Position numbers and translations under genes: made by a program. The notes under the pieces are model-generated. The model saw nothing but the letters and a program-made list of their open reading frames with translations. It did not search any database and was not told the DNA's origin. From positions 8,976-72,975 of the forward strand of contig JBAZQK010000007.1 of assembly GCA_041645215.1 (NCBI GenBank): a DNA stretch of 64,000 bases, written 5' to 3'. Within the stretch, counting starts at the first letter, position 1. Each line of letters opens with the position of its first letter. This DNA comes from Patescibacteria group bacterium (GTDB lineage: Bacteria > Patescibacteriota > Patescibacteriia > Veblenbacterales > UBA10138). Below are positions 38,754 to 47,621 of this stretch, piece after piece.

Positions 38754-39014
38754 TTAGACTAATGGTAAAATGTTCTTTACCACCAAGGGCAATGGTTCGG
38801 CTAAACGATAATACATTTGCAAACTGCGCTGTTCCTTTTCCACAATATCAGCCGCCGCTAAAACTCCCAAATGTTTAGAAGTGGAGCGAAATGACAGTTT
38901 AATAGCCGAGGCTATCTCACCGACCGGCGCTTCCGGATTAGTTTTAAGATATTTAATAATGGCCAAACGGCGACGGTTGGCTGTGGCCTTAAGCACTCTC
39001 TCTAAATCTTTCAT
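38754..39014 (-). CDS. ArsR/SmtB-family HTH regulator
   Basis: LKATANRRRLAII...TSKHLGVL...MYYRL; TGtTATAAT 6 nt before ATG 39014. Confidence 0.9.
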   Translation of the reverse strand: MKDLERVLKATANRRRLAIIKYLKTNPEAPVGEIASAIKLSFRSTSKHLGVLAAADIVEKEQRSLQMYYRLAEPLPLVVKNILPLV

Positions 39015-39070
39015 ATAAACATTATAACACAATTATTCTTATTCCACCATTCGTACGAATTAGCCGTTGA

Positions 39071-39781
39071 TCATCTAATGGATAAATAATGACTACGTTG
39101 TTGGGGTGATAATTTTTCAATGGCATAACGCAGCATCGTGCGCGGCATTCGGGACGCGAATTTATCCAAAAAAACAATTTCGGTTTTTAGTGAACGCTTA
39201 CCTACCTCCCTCAGCATCCAACCCACAGCTTTATGCATTAAATCATGTTTATCTTTTAATAATAATTGAGCTAATTTTAAAGTATCAGCGTACTGACCTT
39301 GGCGAATAAAATAAAAGGTGGCCAACACGGCGATACGGCGCTCCCAAATATTTTTTGATTTAACTAGTTTATACAAAATCGCCTGCGATTTATCAACCAA
39401 ATAAGTTCCCACGATTTTTGGCGCGGTCAAATCCACTAAATCCCAATTATTAATATATTTAGTATTGGCTAAATAAAACCTAAAGATTCTCCCCTGCTCC
39501 GTCTTATGGGCTTTACCAAACCTATCAACTAAAATCAATAAAGCAGTTAGTCGCTCTTCGTGAATTTTAGAATGAAGCAACTTGTCAATCTCGCCCCAAG
39601 ATAAATTAACATATTGGCGAGCCAAACGGCGCGAATTTGGAACTATTATACCCAAAAACATATCTCCCTCGCCATATTCCCCCGGTCCGGTTTTAAAAAA
39701 CCGCTGCAAAATTTTGGCTTTTTGCGGACTAGCTAATTTTCTTAAATCAGAACGTAATTCTTGAAGCATAGGCTTAACCAT
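39071..39781 (-). CDS. DNA alkylation repair protein (AlkD-like HEAT repeat)
   Basis: FFKTGPGEYGEGD, NNWDLVD, HKAVGWMLRE and MPRTMLRYAIEK motifs. Confidence 0.92.
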   Translation of the reverse strand: MVKPMLQELRSDLRKLASPQKAKILQRFFKTGPGEYGEGDMFLGIIVPNSRRLARQYVNLSWGEIDKLLHSKIHEERLTALLILVDRFGKAHKTEQGRIFRFYLANTKYINNWDLVDLTAPKIVGTYLVDKSQAILYKLVKSKNIWERRIAVLATFYFIRQGQYADTLKLAQLLLKDKHDLMHKAVGWMLREVGKRSLKTEIVFLDKFASRMPRTMLRYAIEKLSPQQRSHYLSIR

Positions 39782-39834
39782 TTGTTATTAAACATCTAAC
39801 TCAAACAATAAAGGCACGCCACCATGTTTCCTAA

Positions 39835-40242
39835 TTATGACTTTGGGCGATGGGCTATCAGACTGATAACTACCACCATAAACGCCGCCAATGACAATTG
39901 CGGAATATCTATAAAGCCAAACCAGGCAAACTGTCGAGCCGCGCAAGGCGCGTTCAAACTGCAAGGCAGTAAATAGTCAGAAGTAACCCGATAATAAACC
40001 CAGTTATGATAAACAGCCACAATTAAACCAGCTAAACTTAAAACCAACGAGGCTTTTAGTAAACCTTCTGCCTGTTTAAAAACCGCCAAGCCAAGTAATA
40101 AAACGAGCGGCCACATGGCTAGGCGTTGATACCAACAAAGCGGGCAGGGCGTGAGTCCCAAAACTTCCCCCAAATAAAAACTGCCCAAGGTTGCCACTAT
40201 CGCCACCGCCCAAGCAAAATATAAATAATATTTTTTATTCAT
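39835..40242 (-). CDS. disulfide bond formation protein (DsbB/BdbC family)
   Basis: PCPLCWYQR and a second Cys pair CSLNAPC; four TM helices. Confidence 0.92.
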   Translation of the reverse strand: MNKKYYLYFAWAVAIVATLGSFYLGEVLGLTPCPLCWYQRLAMWPLVLLLGLAVFKQAEGLLKASLVLSLAGLIVAVYHNWVYYRVTSDYLLPCSLNAPCAARQFAWFGFIDIPQLSLAAFMVVVISLIAHRPKS

Positions 40243-40385
40243 GGCTCTATTATAATCCAAATAATTAACCAAACTAACTGTTTAAAATGACTAAATAATT
40301 TAATTTCATAATTTTGAACTATTCCACCATTTCCGCTAAAGACCACATGCAAATATGTAGACAGACAGGCGTACGTCTACATATT

Positions 40386-40853
40386 TTAATCTTCAGTAAT
40401 ATAACCAAGTTTCTGAAAAAATTCTCTTCCACCTGGTATCTGTTTTACAGATGGAAGTTCACTCACGCTAAACCATTGTGATTCAACGAGGTCATCACCA
40501 AGTTGTAATCTAATTTCATCGGCCATTTTGTTGTGGATAACAATCCTAAACCTATGGAACTCCATGCGGCAAAGGACTTTTTCCTCTGTGTCCTTGAAAA
40601 TTTTTTCAGCGACATCAGTGTCAACATAAGGTAGCGGCTCTAGAGTATAGGGGGTGATATCTATACCTACCTCTTCACGAACCTCTCGTTTTAAAGCCTC
40701 CTCAAACGACTGGCCACTCTCAACGCCCCCACCCGGAATATGCCAACAGTCAGAATAAACACCACCTTTAATTGGATCTTTTCTACCCATCAACACTTTG
40801 TTGTCTTTGCTAAAAATTAGAGCAGAGACTATGGTTCGGTGTATTTCACGCAT
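40386..40853 (-). CDS. NUDIX hydrolase
   Basis: GGGVESGQSFEEALKREVREEVG Nudix box. Confidence 0.93.
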   Translation of the reverse strand: MREIHRTIVSALIFSKDNKVLMGRKDPIKGGVYSDCWHIPGGGVESGQSFEEALKREVREEVGIDITPYTLEPLPYVDTDVAEKIFKDTEEKVLCRMEFHRFRIVIHNKMADEIRLQLGDDLVESQWFSVSELPSVKQIPGGREFFQKLGYITED

Positions 40854-40865
40854 AAATATATGTTT

Positions 40866-41579
40866 TTAGGCTACCGACAAATCAATTTCGGGTTGTTTTT
40901 CATCAAGAATTTTATAAGAAATATTTCCGCCACAAAATTTTTGGACTAAATCTTTTAGCTCCTTTGTAGCATTTTCTATTTCTTGTTTTGTCACCGGCAG
41001 AAGCCCCTCTATAACCAGAAAACAATTTTTTGTTTCTTCTGTAAACTTTGTCCTATCAGCTTCACGCCAATTCCACCGGCGACAAATTGCGGAAATATCG
41101 TCTTTGTAAATAACTTCCCCGGCGTGAGGCGGCCGGGGCTCTTTATCCCCCAGCAGTAAAACCGCCGGTTCATTTGGTTCTGCCAAAGTTAAAATGACAT
41201 CGCCTTGAATTTTATCCATGTTCTCACCACCAACAGGAACCATATGTTTAAGGGAAATGAGATTATAAATATCCACCAACTTATTAATATGTCTCAAATT
41301 TATTCCTTGCAAAATCAACCTATAAAGATTTTCAACCGAGGATTTATTTTCTTTCGATTTGGCTCCGAAAGCAGCATAAGTTTTTCTCCAGACGTCAATT
41401 CTGGGAGTTTGGGACAAAGTTTCAGTGTTATATTTTTCTCTGATATTACTTTCTTGTATTCTGATATCTTTTTGGACTTCTTCCTGTGTTCCAGAATTAT
41501 CAAGATTCTTACAGACGACAACTCCTACTGTTAAACCGGGAAACTTCTCAAATATTTTGTGGTCAATTTTGAATTTCAT
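40866..41579 (-). CDS. standalone B3/B4 (PheRS-beta editing-like) domain protein
   Basis: WRKTYAAFG, SSVENL, INKLVDIYN and CRRWNWRE motifs. Confidence 0.9.
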   Translation of the reverse strand: MKFKIDHKIFEKFPGLTVGVVVCKNLDNSGTQEEVQKDIRIQESNIREKYNTETLSQTPRIDVWRKTYAAFGAKSKENKSSVENLYRLILQGINLRHINKLVDIYNLISLKHMVPVGGENMDKIQGDVILTLAEPNEPAVLLLGDKEPRPPHAGEVIYKDDISAICRRWNWREADRTKFTEETKNCFLVIEGLLPVTKQEIENATKELKDLVQKFCGGNISYKILDEKQPEIDLSVA

Positions 41580-41624
41580 AGGTATTTAATTAAAAATTTT
41601 GTGGCGGATTTAATAATAAATAGC

Positions 41625-42128
41625 CTATGCTGTACTCTGTAAAAAATAATTATCCTTAAATTCATCCCAACTTGTTTCTCTGCCCGGGTAAGCCACGCTA
41701 TCAAACGGCCATTTCTCCTTAATCCAATTTTTAACAGTGATAAATAAATATTTATCTAGCCCATTTGCCAATTCATCCTTTCTTACCCAAGCAATAACTA
41801 CTACGTCATATTTTACATTTGTGCTGGGCATAATGTACACGCAGCCCAAACATCTTGTTTCATCGAGGTTCATGACGGTGTAAGTAAAGGACGTTCGTTT
41901 TTGAAACTCCTCCTGATGAAAACGGAGGTCGTTTAAATCCTGCTCAAGAGTTAAATCTTTCTGCGGCCAGCGGTCAAAAGGCCCAAATACGCACTGAAGA
42001 TGTTCCAAACTTGTGATGACGGCTTCATAATCTTTCGTAAGGTCATCAATGGTAAGCATTCTCAACCGTATTCTGTCTGTTTCTAATTTTTTAGGAACTT
42101 GAAAACTATCTGGGATGAACTTTTTCAT
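41625..42128 (-). CDS. GNAT-family acetyltransferase-like protein
   Basis: FIPDSFQVP, DYEAV, LGCVYI and WPF..VAYPGR, typical of a RimL-like GNAT subfamily. Confidence 0.75.
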   Translation of the reverse strand: MKKFIPDSFQVPKKLETDRIRLRMLTIDDLTKDYEAVITSLEHLQCVFGPFDRWPQKDLTLEQDLNDLRFHQEEFQKRTSFTYTVMNLDETRCLGCVYIMPSTNVKYDVVVIAWVRKDELANGLDKYLFITVKNWIKEKWPFDSVAYPGRETSWDEFKDNYFLQSTA

Positions 42129-42172
42129 AATTATTTTCTATGCCGTGTTAGGCGATGTAAAATTTTTACGTT

Positions 42173-42844
42173 TTATATATTGCAATTAAATATTTTACCA
42201 GTTTTATGGTCGAATCTTGGAACGATATCATATGTATTTAATTTTAAGGCAAATTCCAAATCATCTTTCTGATTTAGTGTTCTGAGGCGGTTTGCCCCGT
42301 CAGATTGAAGGATTTGATTTTTTATTTGGTCAAAATTAATTTTTAAATTTTTTAATCCTGCTTCTATATATTTTGCACATTCTTCATCTTCTACTGCTGG
42401 CTCGGTGGTGTTACAACCTACAGCTAGCAAGCTTACTTGTGCTGGTTTTTTATTCTTAATATAGTCAATAATTGCTTGCGAATTAGCAAAACTGCCAATT
42501 AATATTTCGTCAGCAAGGGTTGCGTTAACAATGCATTGAGAGCCAGCAGACGTTGTAATAATAATTTTTTTATCTCTCAAATTTAATTTTGTTGCTTTGG
42601 CAGGCGAATTATCATAATCAAATCCTTCTAGGGGCAAACCGCCTCTTTCGCCAAAAAGCAAATGATTTGGATTTTCTTTTTTAAGTTGATAGGCTTTTTC
42701 TAGTGCACCGACTGGTAAAATATATTCAGCTCCACTGGCCAGACAGCTAATTATCGTATTGCTAGCTCTAAATACGTCAATAACCACAGTTATGCCGTTA
42801 GCAATTTTGGCGCCCTTTAAACATTCGTAAATATTTATATTCAT
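42173..42844 (-). CDS. 2-phosphosulfolactate phosphatase (ComB)-family protein
   Basis: VVIDVFRAS, FGERGG, DYDNSP, TTSAG and EDEECA motifs. Confidence 0.9.
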   Translation of the reverse strand: MNINIYECLKGAKIANGITVVIDVFRASNTIISCLASGAEYILPVGALEKAYQLKKENPNHLLFGERGGLPLEGFDYDNSPAKATKLNLRDKKIIITTSAGSQCIVNATLADEILIGSFANSQAIIDYIKNKKPAQVSLLAVGCNTTEPAVEDEECAKYIEAGLKNLKINFDQIKNQILQSDGANRLRTLNQKDDLEFALKLNTYDIVPRFDHKTGKIFNCNI

Positions 42845-42868
42845 AATGCATAGTAAAAATTTTATTTC

Positions 42869-42968
42869 GCCTAACGTTAGGGATATACGAAGTTTTTCTG
42901 TAGCGTAGCGGAAGAAAAATTTGGGTGAGGGGCGAGCCGAGCCCCGAATCGCATACGCTGTGTTAGCT
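42869..42968 (-). other. attC-like integron cassette recombination site
   Basis: Minus strand AGCTAAC-acagcgtatgcga...ttcgtatatccctaac-GTTAGGC, imperfectly palindromic. A truncated GCCTAAC-acggcata half-site lies at 42139-42153. Confidence 0.7.
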
Positions 42969-43040
42969 GACCCGAGCTGTAGCGTAGTGGAGGCGAGAGC
43001 GCAGCGTGGCTTGAGTTCATTTCAAAAATTACTTTTCTCT

Positions 43041-43418
43041 TCAACCAAAAGCCTTTTGTTCCTCTTTTAATACAATATCATGCGCTTCATGTAAAGAAAA
43101 ACTTTGGTCTCGTAGATTAGCCTCCAATATTTCATGGAACAGAATTCTTCTTCTGTCCGATTCAGGTATTGTGTCATGTAGATAAATATCATAACCTCTG
43201 ACGTATGTAGATGCGAAATATTCTGCTGATTTACCAAATTTAGCCAGTTTTCCTTCAGCTTCAGCTTTTGCCAATCTACCTGCTTTAGTAATGTTTATAT
43301 AGAATTCTGTTCCATTGAACGTAAATCTGTACCCTTGTTCCCATTTGATGCTGTCTAGTAGAGCCAAAAGTTCTTCCGTTTTTAGTTCTGGTTGTCGAAT
43401 TATTTCTCGGTTTTCCAT
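43041..43418 (-). CDS. hypothetical protein with HEILE (HExxH-like) motif
   Basis: Start reassigned to MENREII; the upstream extension is attC sequence. Confidence 0.75.
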   Translation of the reverse strand: MENREIIRQPELKTEELLALLDSIKWEQGYRFTFNGTEFYINITKAGRLAKAEAEGKLAKFGKSAEYFASTYVRGYDIYLHDTIPESDRRRILFHEILEANLRDQSFSLHEAHDIVLKEEQKAFG

Positions 43419-43448
43419 AAATTTAGAAAAGTAATTTTTTAAATGAAT

Positions 43449-43515
43449 TTCGTCTAACTCGTTTTTATGCGACGTGTTTGGTGAATAATATACGCATTGT
43501 TGTATATTATGCGAA
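43449..43515 (-). other. degenerate attC-like site
   Basis: Minus strand TTCGCATAAT...ATGCG...CGCAT...GTTAGACGAA; GTTAGAC fits GTTRRRY. Confidence 0.5.
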
Positions 43516-43818
43516 ATTGTAATATTATCGACCCATATCACAGTTTATTAAATTATAGCAAAGTTTTATGAATTTAAAAGAGCTTTTGGGAAAAATATTT
43601 AAGGTCAAGTATAAAACCGTACTTACTTAAATCAACCATTGGTTCATGGTTTTCTTGAATTTCAATTGAAGTGTATTTTACTAAGGTCATACGACAAAAC
43701 TGGCTTGATTTTTGTTTAATTTAACTTAACGTTTGTGAATACTTAAAATCTGCCATGCACAAATTATTGTAAAGTATAGACAAACAGATATTCGCTATTA
43801 CTGAGTGTAACAAAAATT

Positions 43819-44169
43819 TTACTCAATTATTCTACCTCCAGTTTGTTCTATCATTTCTCTTAACGCCTGCATCATTTTTTCTTTATCATCAGAACCTTTA
43901 TTTAGAATTTTGCTAGGTCCATGAATAACATAGCGATCAAAATTACGTAGATCATCTGAAATTTGAGCTATCTTATAGATTGTACCATCTTCTATAATAG
44001 TAACTACATCTCCATTTATATTTTTAAATCCGTTGGCAGTCTTGCGAAAAGAGATTTTAGCTAATTCAGAAACTTCCTTGGAAAGTTTTTCTAACTCCGC
44101 AAAACTTAGTTTAGCAACTTCAATTTTTTTTGGATTCTCTGGTTGATCGGCTGATGATAATTCATGCAT
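43819..44169 (-). CDS. hypothetical protein
   Basis: 116-aa AT-rich ORF in the accessory stretch. Confidence 0.7.
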   Translation of the reverse strand: MHELSSADQPENPKKIEVAKLSFAELEKLSKEVSELAKISFRKTANGFKNINGDVVTIIEDGTIYKIAQISDDLRNFDRYVIHGPSKILNKGSDDKEKMMQALREMIEQTGGRIIE

Positions 44170-44193
44170 ATTATTGTTAATTAGATTAAAAAT

Positions 44194-45417
44194 TTACGTC
44201 CCCTGCTTCCAACTATTCAAATATTTCCTTTGCTTGGGCGTTAAAGTATCGTGCATTACCTGAAGCGAACGGAGTTTGAGTTCGGCAATGGCGAGGTCAA
44301 TTTCCGCCGGCACCGGGTAAACCCCGGGTTTTAGTTCAGTGTGGCGCTTAACCAAATATTCCAAGGCCAAGGCCTGATTGGCAAACGACATATCCATCAC
44401 GCTGGCGGGGTGGCCTTCTGCCGCCGCCAGATTTACCAATCTCCCCTGCCCTAGCAAATAAATAGATTTGTTGTTCTTAAACTTGTACTCTTCCGTATTG
44501 TCGCGCACCTCGGTTACAGTAACGGCCAGACTGCTTAAATCTTTAATATTTATCTCGTCGTTAAAATGCCCGGCATTGGCCAGAATGGCGCCGTTTTTCA
44601 TTAACTTAAAATGAGGCTTGGTTAAAATATCAATATCGCCGGTGGTGGTAATAAAAATATCACCCGCCACCGCCGCGGCCAGCATGGGCATAACCTGATA
44701 ACCGTCCATTAAAGCTTCCAGCGTTCGTACCGGGTTAACCTCGGTTACAATCACGCGACTACCCATGCCACTGGCGCGCTGGGCCACCCCGCGGCCGCAC
44801 CAGCCATAGCCAGCCACTACCACCACTTTGCCAGCCAGTAAAATATTGGTAGCCCGCAAAATACCGTCAATCGTGGATTGACCCGTGCCATAGCGGTTAT
44901 CAAACAAATGCTTGGTTAGGGCTGAATTCACCGCGATGATGGGATATTTAAGCTGGTGTTTTTTAGCCATAATATTCAGCCGCGCCACGCCGGTCGTGGT
45001 TTCCTCAGTTCCGCCCCAGACTTTTTTTAACAAACTTTTATTCTTAGTATGAATATAAGTTACCAAATCGGCCCCGTCATCCACGGTTAAATTGGGCCGC
45101 AGCTTTAAACTGTCGCGAATCTGCTGGTAATAAGTTTTGTGGTCCACCCCGCGCTTGGCCTGAACATCCATTTTGTAATCTTTTTTTAAACTCTGTACCA
45201 CATCGTCCTGGGTGGACAACGGATTAGAGGCGGACAAACTTACCTGCGCGCCGCCTTGTTTTAAGGCCAGCACTAAATTGGCGGTTTCGGCGGTTACGTG
45301 CAAGCACGCCGAAATTTTAACATTCTTAAACGGCTGGGATTGGGCGAACTCGGCGGCGATCTGCTGTAACACTGGCATTTGCCGGCCGGCCCACAGAATT
45401 CGTTGTTTACCTTTCAT
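44194..45417 (-). CDS. ahcY: adenosylhomocysteinase
   Basis: ACLHVTAET, SNPLSTQD, EETTTG, FDNRYGTGQS, GYGWCGRG and EGHPASVMDMSF motifs. Confidence 0.97.
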   Translation of the reverse strand: MKGKQRILWAGRQMPVLQQIAAEFAQSQPFKNVKISACLHVTAETANLVLALKQGGAQVSLSASNPLSTQDDVVQSLKKDYKMDVQAKRGVDHKTYYQQIRDSLKLRPNLTVDDGADLVTYIHTKNKSLLKKVWGGTEETTTGVARLNIMAKKHQLKYPIIAVNSALTKHLFDNRYGTGQSTIDGILRATNILLAGKVVVVAGYGWCGRGVAQRASGMGSRVIVTEVNPVRTLEALMDGYQVMPMLAAAVAGDIFITTTGDIDILTKPHFKLMKNGAILANAGHFNDEINIKDLSSLAVTVTEVRDNTEEYKFKNNKSIYLLGQGRLVNLAAAEGHPASVMDMSFANQALALEYLVKRHTELKPGVYPVPAEIDLAIAELKLRSLQVMHDTLTPKQRKYLNSWKQGT

Positions 45418-45501
45418 AGAAAATGTAAAATTAAAAGCTTCGCTTTTATCCCGATGGCCATCGGGATGGTTGCACGAGGCAACCAAAATCAAAATTAAAA
45501 A

Positions 45502-45930
45502 TCAACTTCTTAAATCTAAAACTTTTAAAGCTGATTTAATATTCTCTGCCACTTCTTGCATAGCCTTACCTTGATACTCTAATCGCGGCCAAGTGCCTAA
45601 ACCATCGTCGACTTTGCGGGGAATTATGTGTATATGCGTATGAAAAATAATCTGTCCGGCGGCGCGGCCATTGTTCATAGTTATATTGCAGCCATCAGCG
45701 CCAGTGCCCTGCACTATGGCACTCGCTATTTTTTGCGCCAACTGGAAAAAATGTCCGACTATCACCGCCGGAGTGGCAGTTAAATTTTCATAATGACTGC
45801 GTGGAATAATCAAAACATGCCCGGGTTGCACCGGATGAATATCCAAAAAAGCCACAAATTGGGTGTCCTCATAGACTTTGGTGGAGGCAATTTCACCAGC
45901 CGCAATTTTGCAAAAAATACAGTCGGACAT
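45502..45930 (-). CDS. HIT-family hydrolase
   Basis: DCIFCKI and HTHIHIIPR motifs. Confidence 0.95.
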   Translation of the reverse strand: MSDCIFCKIAAGEIASTKVYEDTQFVAFLDIHPVQPGHVLIIPRSHYENLTATPAVIVGHFFQLAQKIASAIVQGTGADGCNITMNNGRAAGQIIFHTHIHIIPRKVDDGLGTWPRLEYQGKAMQEVAENIKSALKVLDLRS

Positions 45931-46008
45931 AAGAATAAAATAGAATTATGAATTATGAATAATTAAAATACTCTTGATTCTTTGTTCTTGATCCGTAATT
46001 CTAACGAT

Positions 46009-46491
46009 CTAATACAACATCAATTCCTGCCTCAAGCTGGCAATGTACTTTTGCCCAGCCTCATAATCATCTTCACTCGGCGCCCAGTCGGGAAATTTTT
46101 TGTGCGTGGCCGGATCCCACGGCCCCTCAACTATTTCATACACCGCCGTATCAGGCTCCAGCGCTAAGGTAATGTGCCAAGTGGCCGGCGGAATCTCTGC
46201 CCCCCACGGACTCGTACCAGCCGCGAGCACGACTGATTCCATAACCCGTCCGTCGTCCGCTAATGTCGCTATCAACAACTTGCCCTGCAAAATAACAAAC
46301 ACTTCAACCTTGTTGGGATCTTCGTGCTTGTGCGGCTGAACGTACGACTCCGGCTGTAGCACGTTTACCATGCGGTGAACTTTATCGCTGTTGTCTTCGT
46401 GAAAAGTATAAATACTGCGTCGACGCGCGGAATTTTGCGCCGCCAGCACGACTGAATTAACAATCTCCTGGTTGATAAATTTTAACGGCAT
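46009..46491 (-). CDS. WbuC-family cupin metalloprotein
   Basis: SARRR, SYVQPHKH, IPPATWH and EIVEGP motifs. Confidence 0.9.
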   Translation of the reverse strand: MPLKFINQEIVNSVVLAAQNSARRRSIYTFHEDNSDKVHRMVNVLQPESYVQPHKHEDPNKVEVFVILQGKLLIATLADDGRVMESVVLAAGTSPWGAEIPPATWHITLALEPDTAVYEIVEGPWDPATHKKFPDWAPSEDDYEAGQKYIASLRQELMLY

Positions 46492-46632
46492 AATAGAAAA
46501 TTTAAATATAAAAATTGGAATTTACCCCCGCCTTGGGCGGGGGCGGAAATGACACCAAACCCGTAAGTCCTAATTTACATTTTTATTCATACAAATTTAA
46601 TCCGGCCGCTATTCCCTTACCCTGCCTAAAGA

Positions 46633-46914
46633 CTATCCCCGTACGGCTATCAACACCCCTATTGCCAGTATAGCAGATATTGCCATTTGCAGACGAGTGT
46701 AAATAACGGGTTGGTGCAATTCAGTGCGACCAAACAAAAATCCAACCAAACCCAATACTAAAATAAAATTAAGGTCAATATACAAACTTACAAAACCCGG
46801 CCGCATTAATTCCAGCAATAGCAAAAACCACCACCCCGCCAGCAAGCCAATACCGGCCTCGGCCACAACTAATCGAGCTTTTACCGCGTATTTATGACTG
46901 ATTAAATTTGCCAT
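46633..46914 (-). CDS. hypothetical membrane protein
   Basis: Hydrophobic ORF overlapping the upstream gene; ELMRPGFVS motif. Confidence 0.65.
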   Translation of the reverse strand: MANLISHKYAVKARLVVAEAGIGLLAGWWFLLLLELMRPGFVSLYIDLNFILVLGLVGFLFGRTELHQPVIYTRLQMAISAILAIGVLIAVRG

Positions 46915-47453
46915 AATTCCGATAATTTAGCGGTGAGCGATTCAATCGCTTTATCCAGATCAAACGGCGAGCGGTAAATAGTCGCGCGCGCGCCCGTTAC
47001 CGTCACTCCCCCGGGCGACAAACCAGGCGCTGAAATCAAAAAACGCTGGCTATGGTTTGGTTCAATATATTTAAATTCATCGGCCGTTAGTAAATAAATT
47101 TGCTCGCCTGGTTTAATGGTGTGCGTAAGCGGCGGAAAATAATAATCCCAATCTCCCCCGCTGCGCCTGCCCAATTTTAGAGCTGACGACTGGCGCGTCG
47201 TGGTTAGCTCTAATTTAACGCCGCTGGCTCGCACCGGCAGTTTAACGTCAAAATAAATCGGCTCGGCCTCGAGTTTAAGGCCTACTTCAGTCCTAGTGAC
47301 GCGGCCGGCCGGCAACAGTATACCAAAGTTAGGCGTGCGTTTAACAAAATCCGTGCTGGCAATTAACGGCGCCGCGCTAAAAACCGCCTGATAAGCCATC
47401 GCGGCCGCCAAGACGAACGGTATTAGCCAACGTACATGCCAAAAATGGGACAT
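46902..47453 (-). CDS. hypothetical exported/membrane-anchored protein
   Basis: N-terminal hydrophobic helix; LPAGRV and EPIYF motifs. Confidence 0.7.
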   Translation of the reverse strand: MSHFWHVRWLIPFVLAAAMAYQAVFSAAPLIASTDFVKRTPNFGILLPAGRVTRTEVGLKLEAEPIYFDVKLPVRASGVKLELTTTRQSSALKLGRRSGGDWDYYFPPLTHTIKPGEQIYLLTADEFKYIEPNHSQRFLISAPGLSPGGVTVTGARATIYRSPFDLDKAIESLTAKLSELWQI

Positions 47454-47465
47454 AAGAAATGTAAA

Positions 47466-47608
47466 CCCAGTATATCAACTTCGCTGACAAAATTAGCGAG
47501 CGTGAGTTGAAAGACTGTTTAGTAAATAAATGATAATTTAAATCTGGTTAAGATATTAATTGCACTAATTTGGTTAAAAGCGAGCTATAGCGAAGTTATT
47601 ATACTGGG
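47466..47608 (-). mobile_element. CCCAGTA-TIR element, single segment (143 bp)
   Basis: CCCAGTAT...ATACTGGG ends; GCGAGC at 47496 and 47580. Confidence 0.8.
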
Positions 47609-47621
47609 CAAAATGTAAAAA

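Larger units (their letters stand above)
38714..40375. promoter_or_regulatory. three direct copies of a putative ArsR operator TATTCCACCATT-CGTACGAATTAG (38714-38757, 39040-39063, 40319-40375)
   Basis: The intact copy lies just upstream of the arsR -10 box. The other two copies are split at the same base by TCCGC...GACAGG inserts. Confidence 0.6.

Noticed and set aside
45418-45492. SAH/SAM riboswitch or N-terminal extension of ahcY
   Set aside because: Only two short palindromes (GGTTGC/GCAACC and ATCCCGATGGCCATCGGGAT) within 7-mer repeats; no riboswitch consensus.
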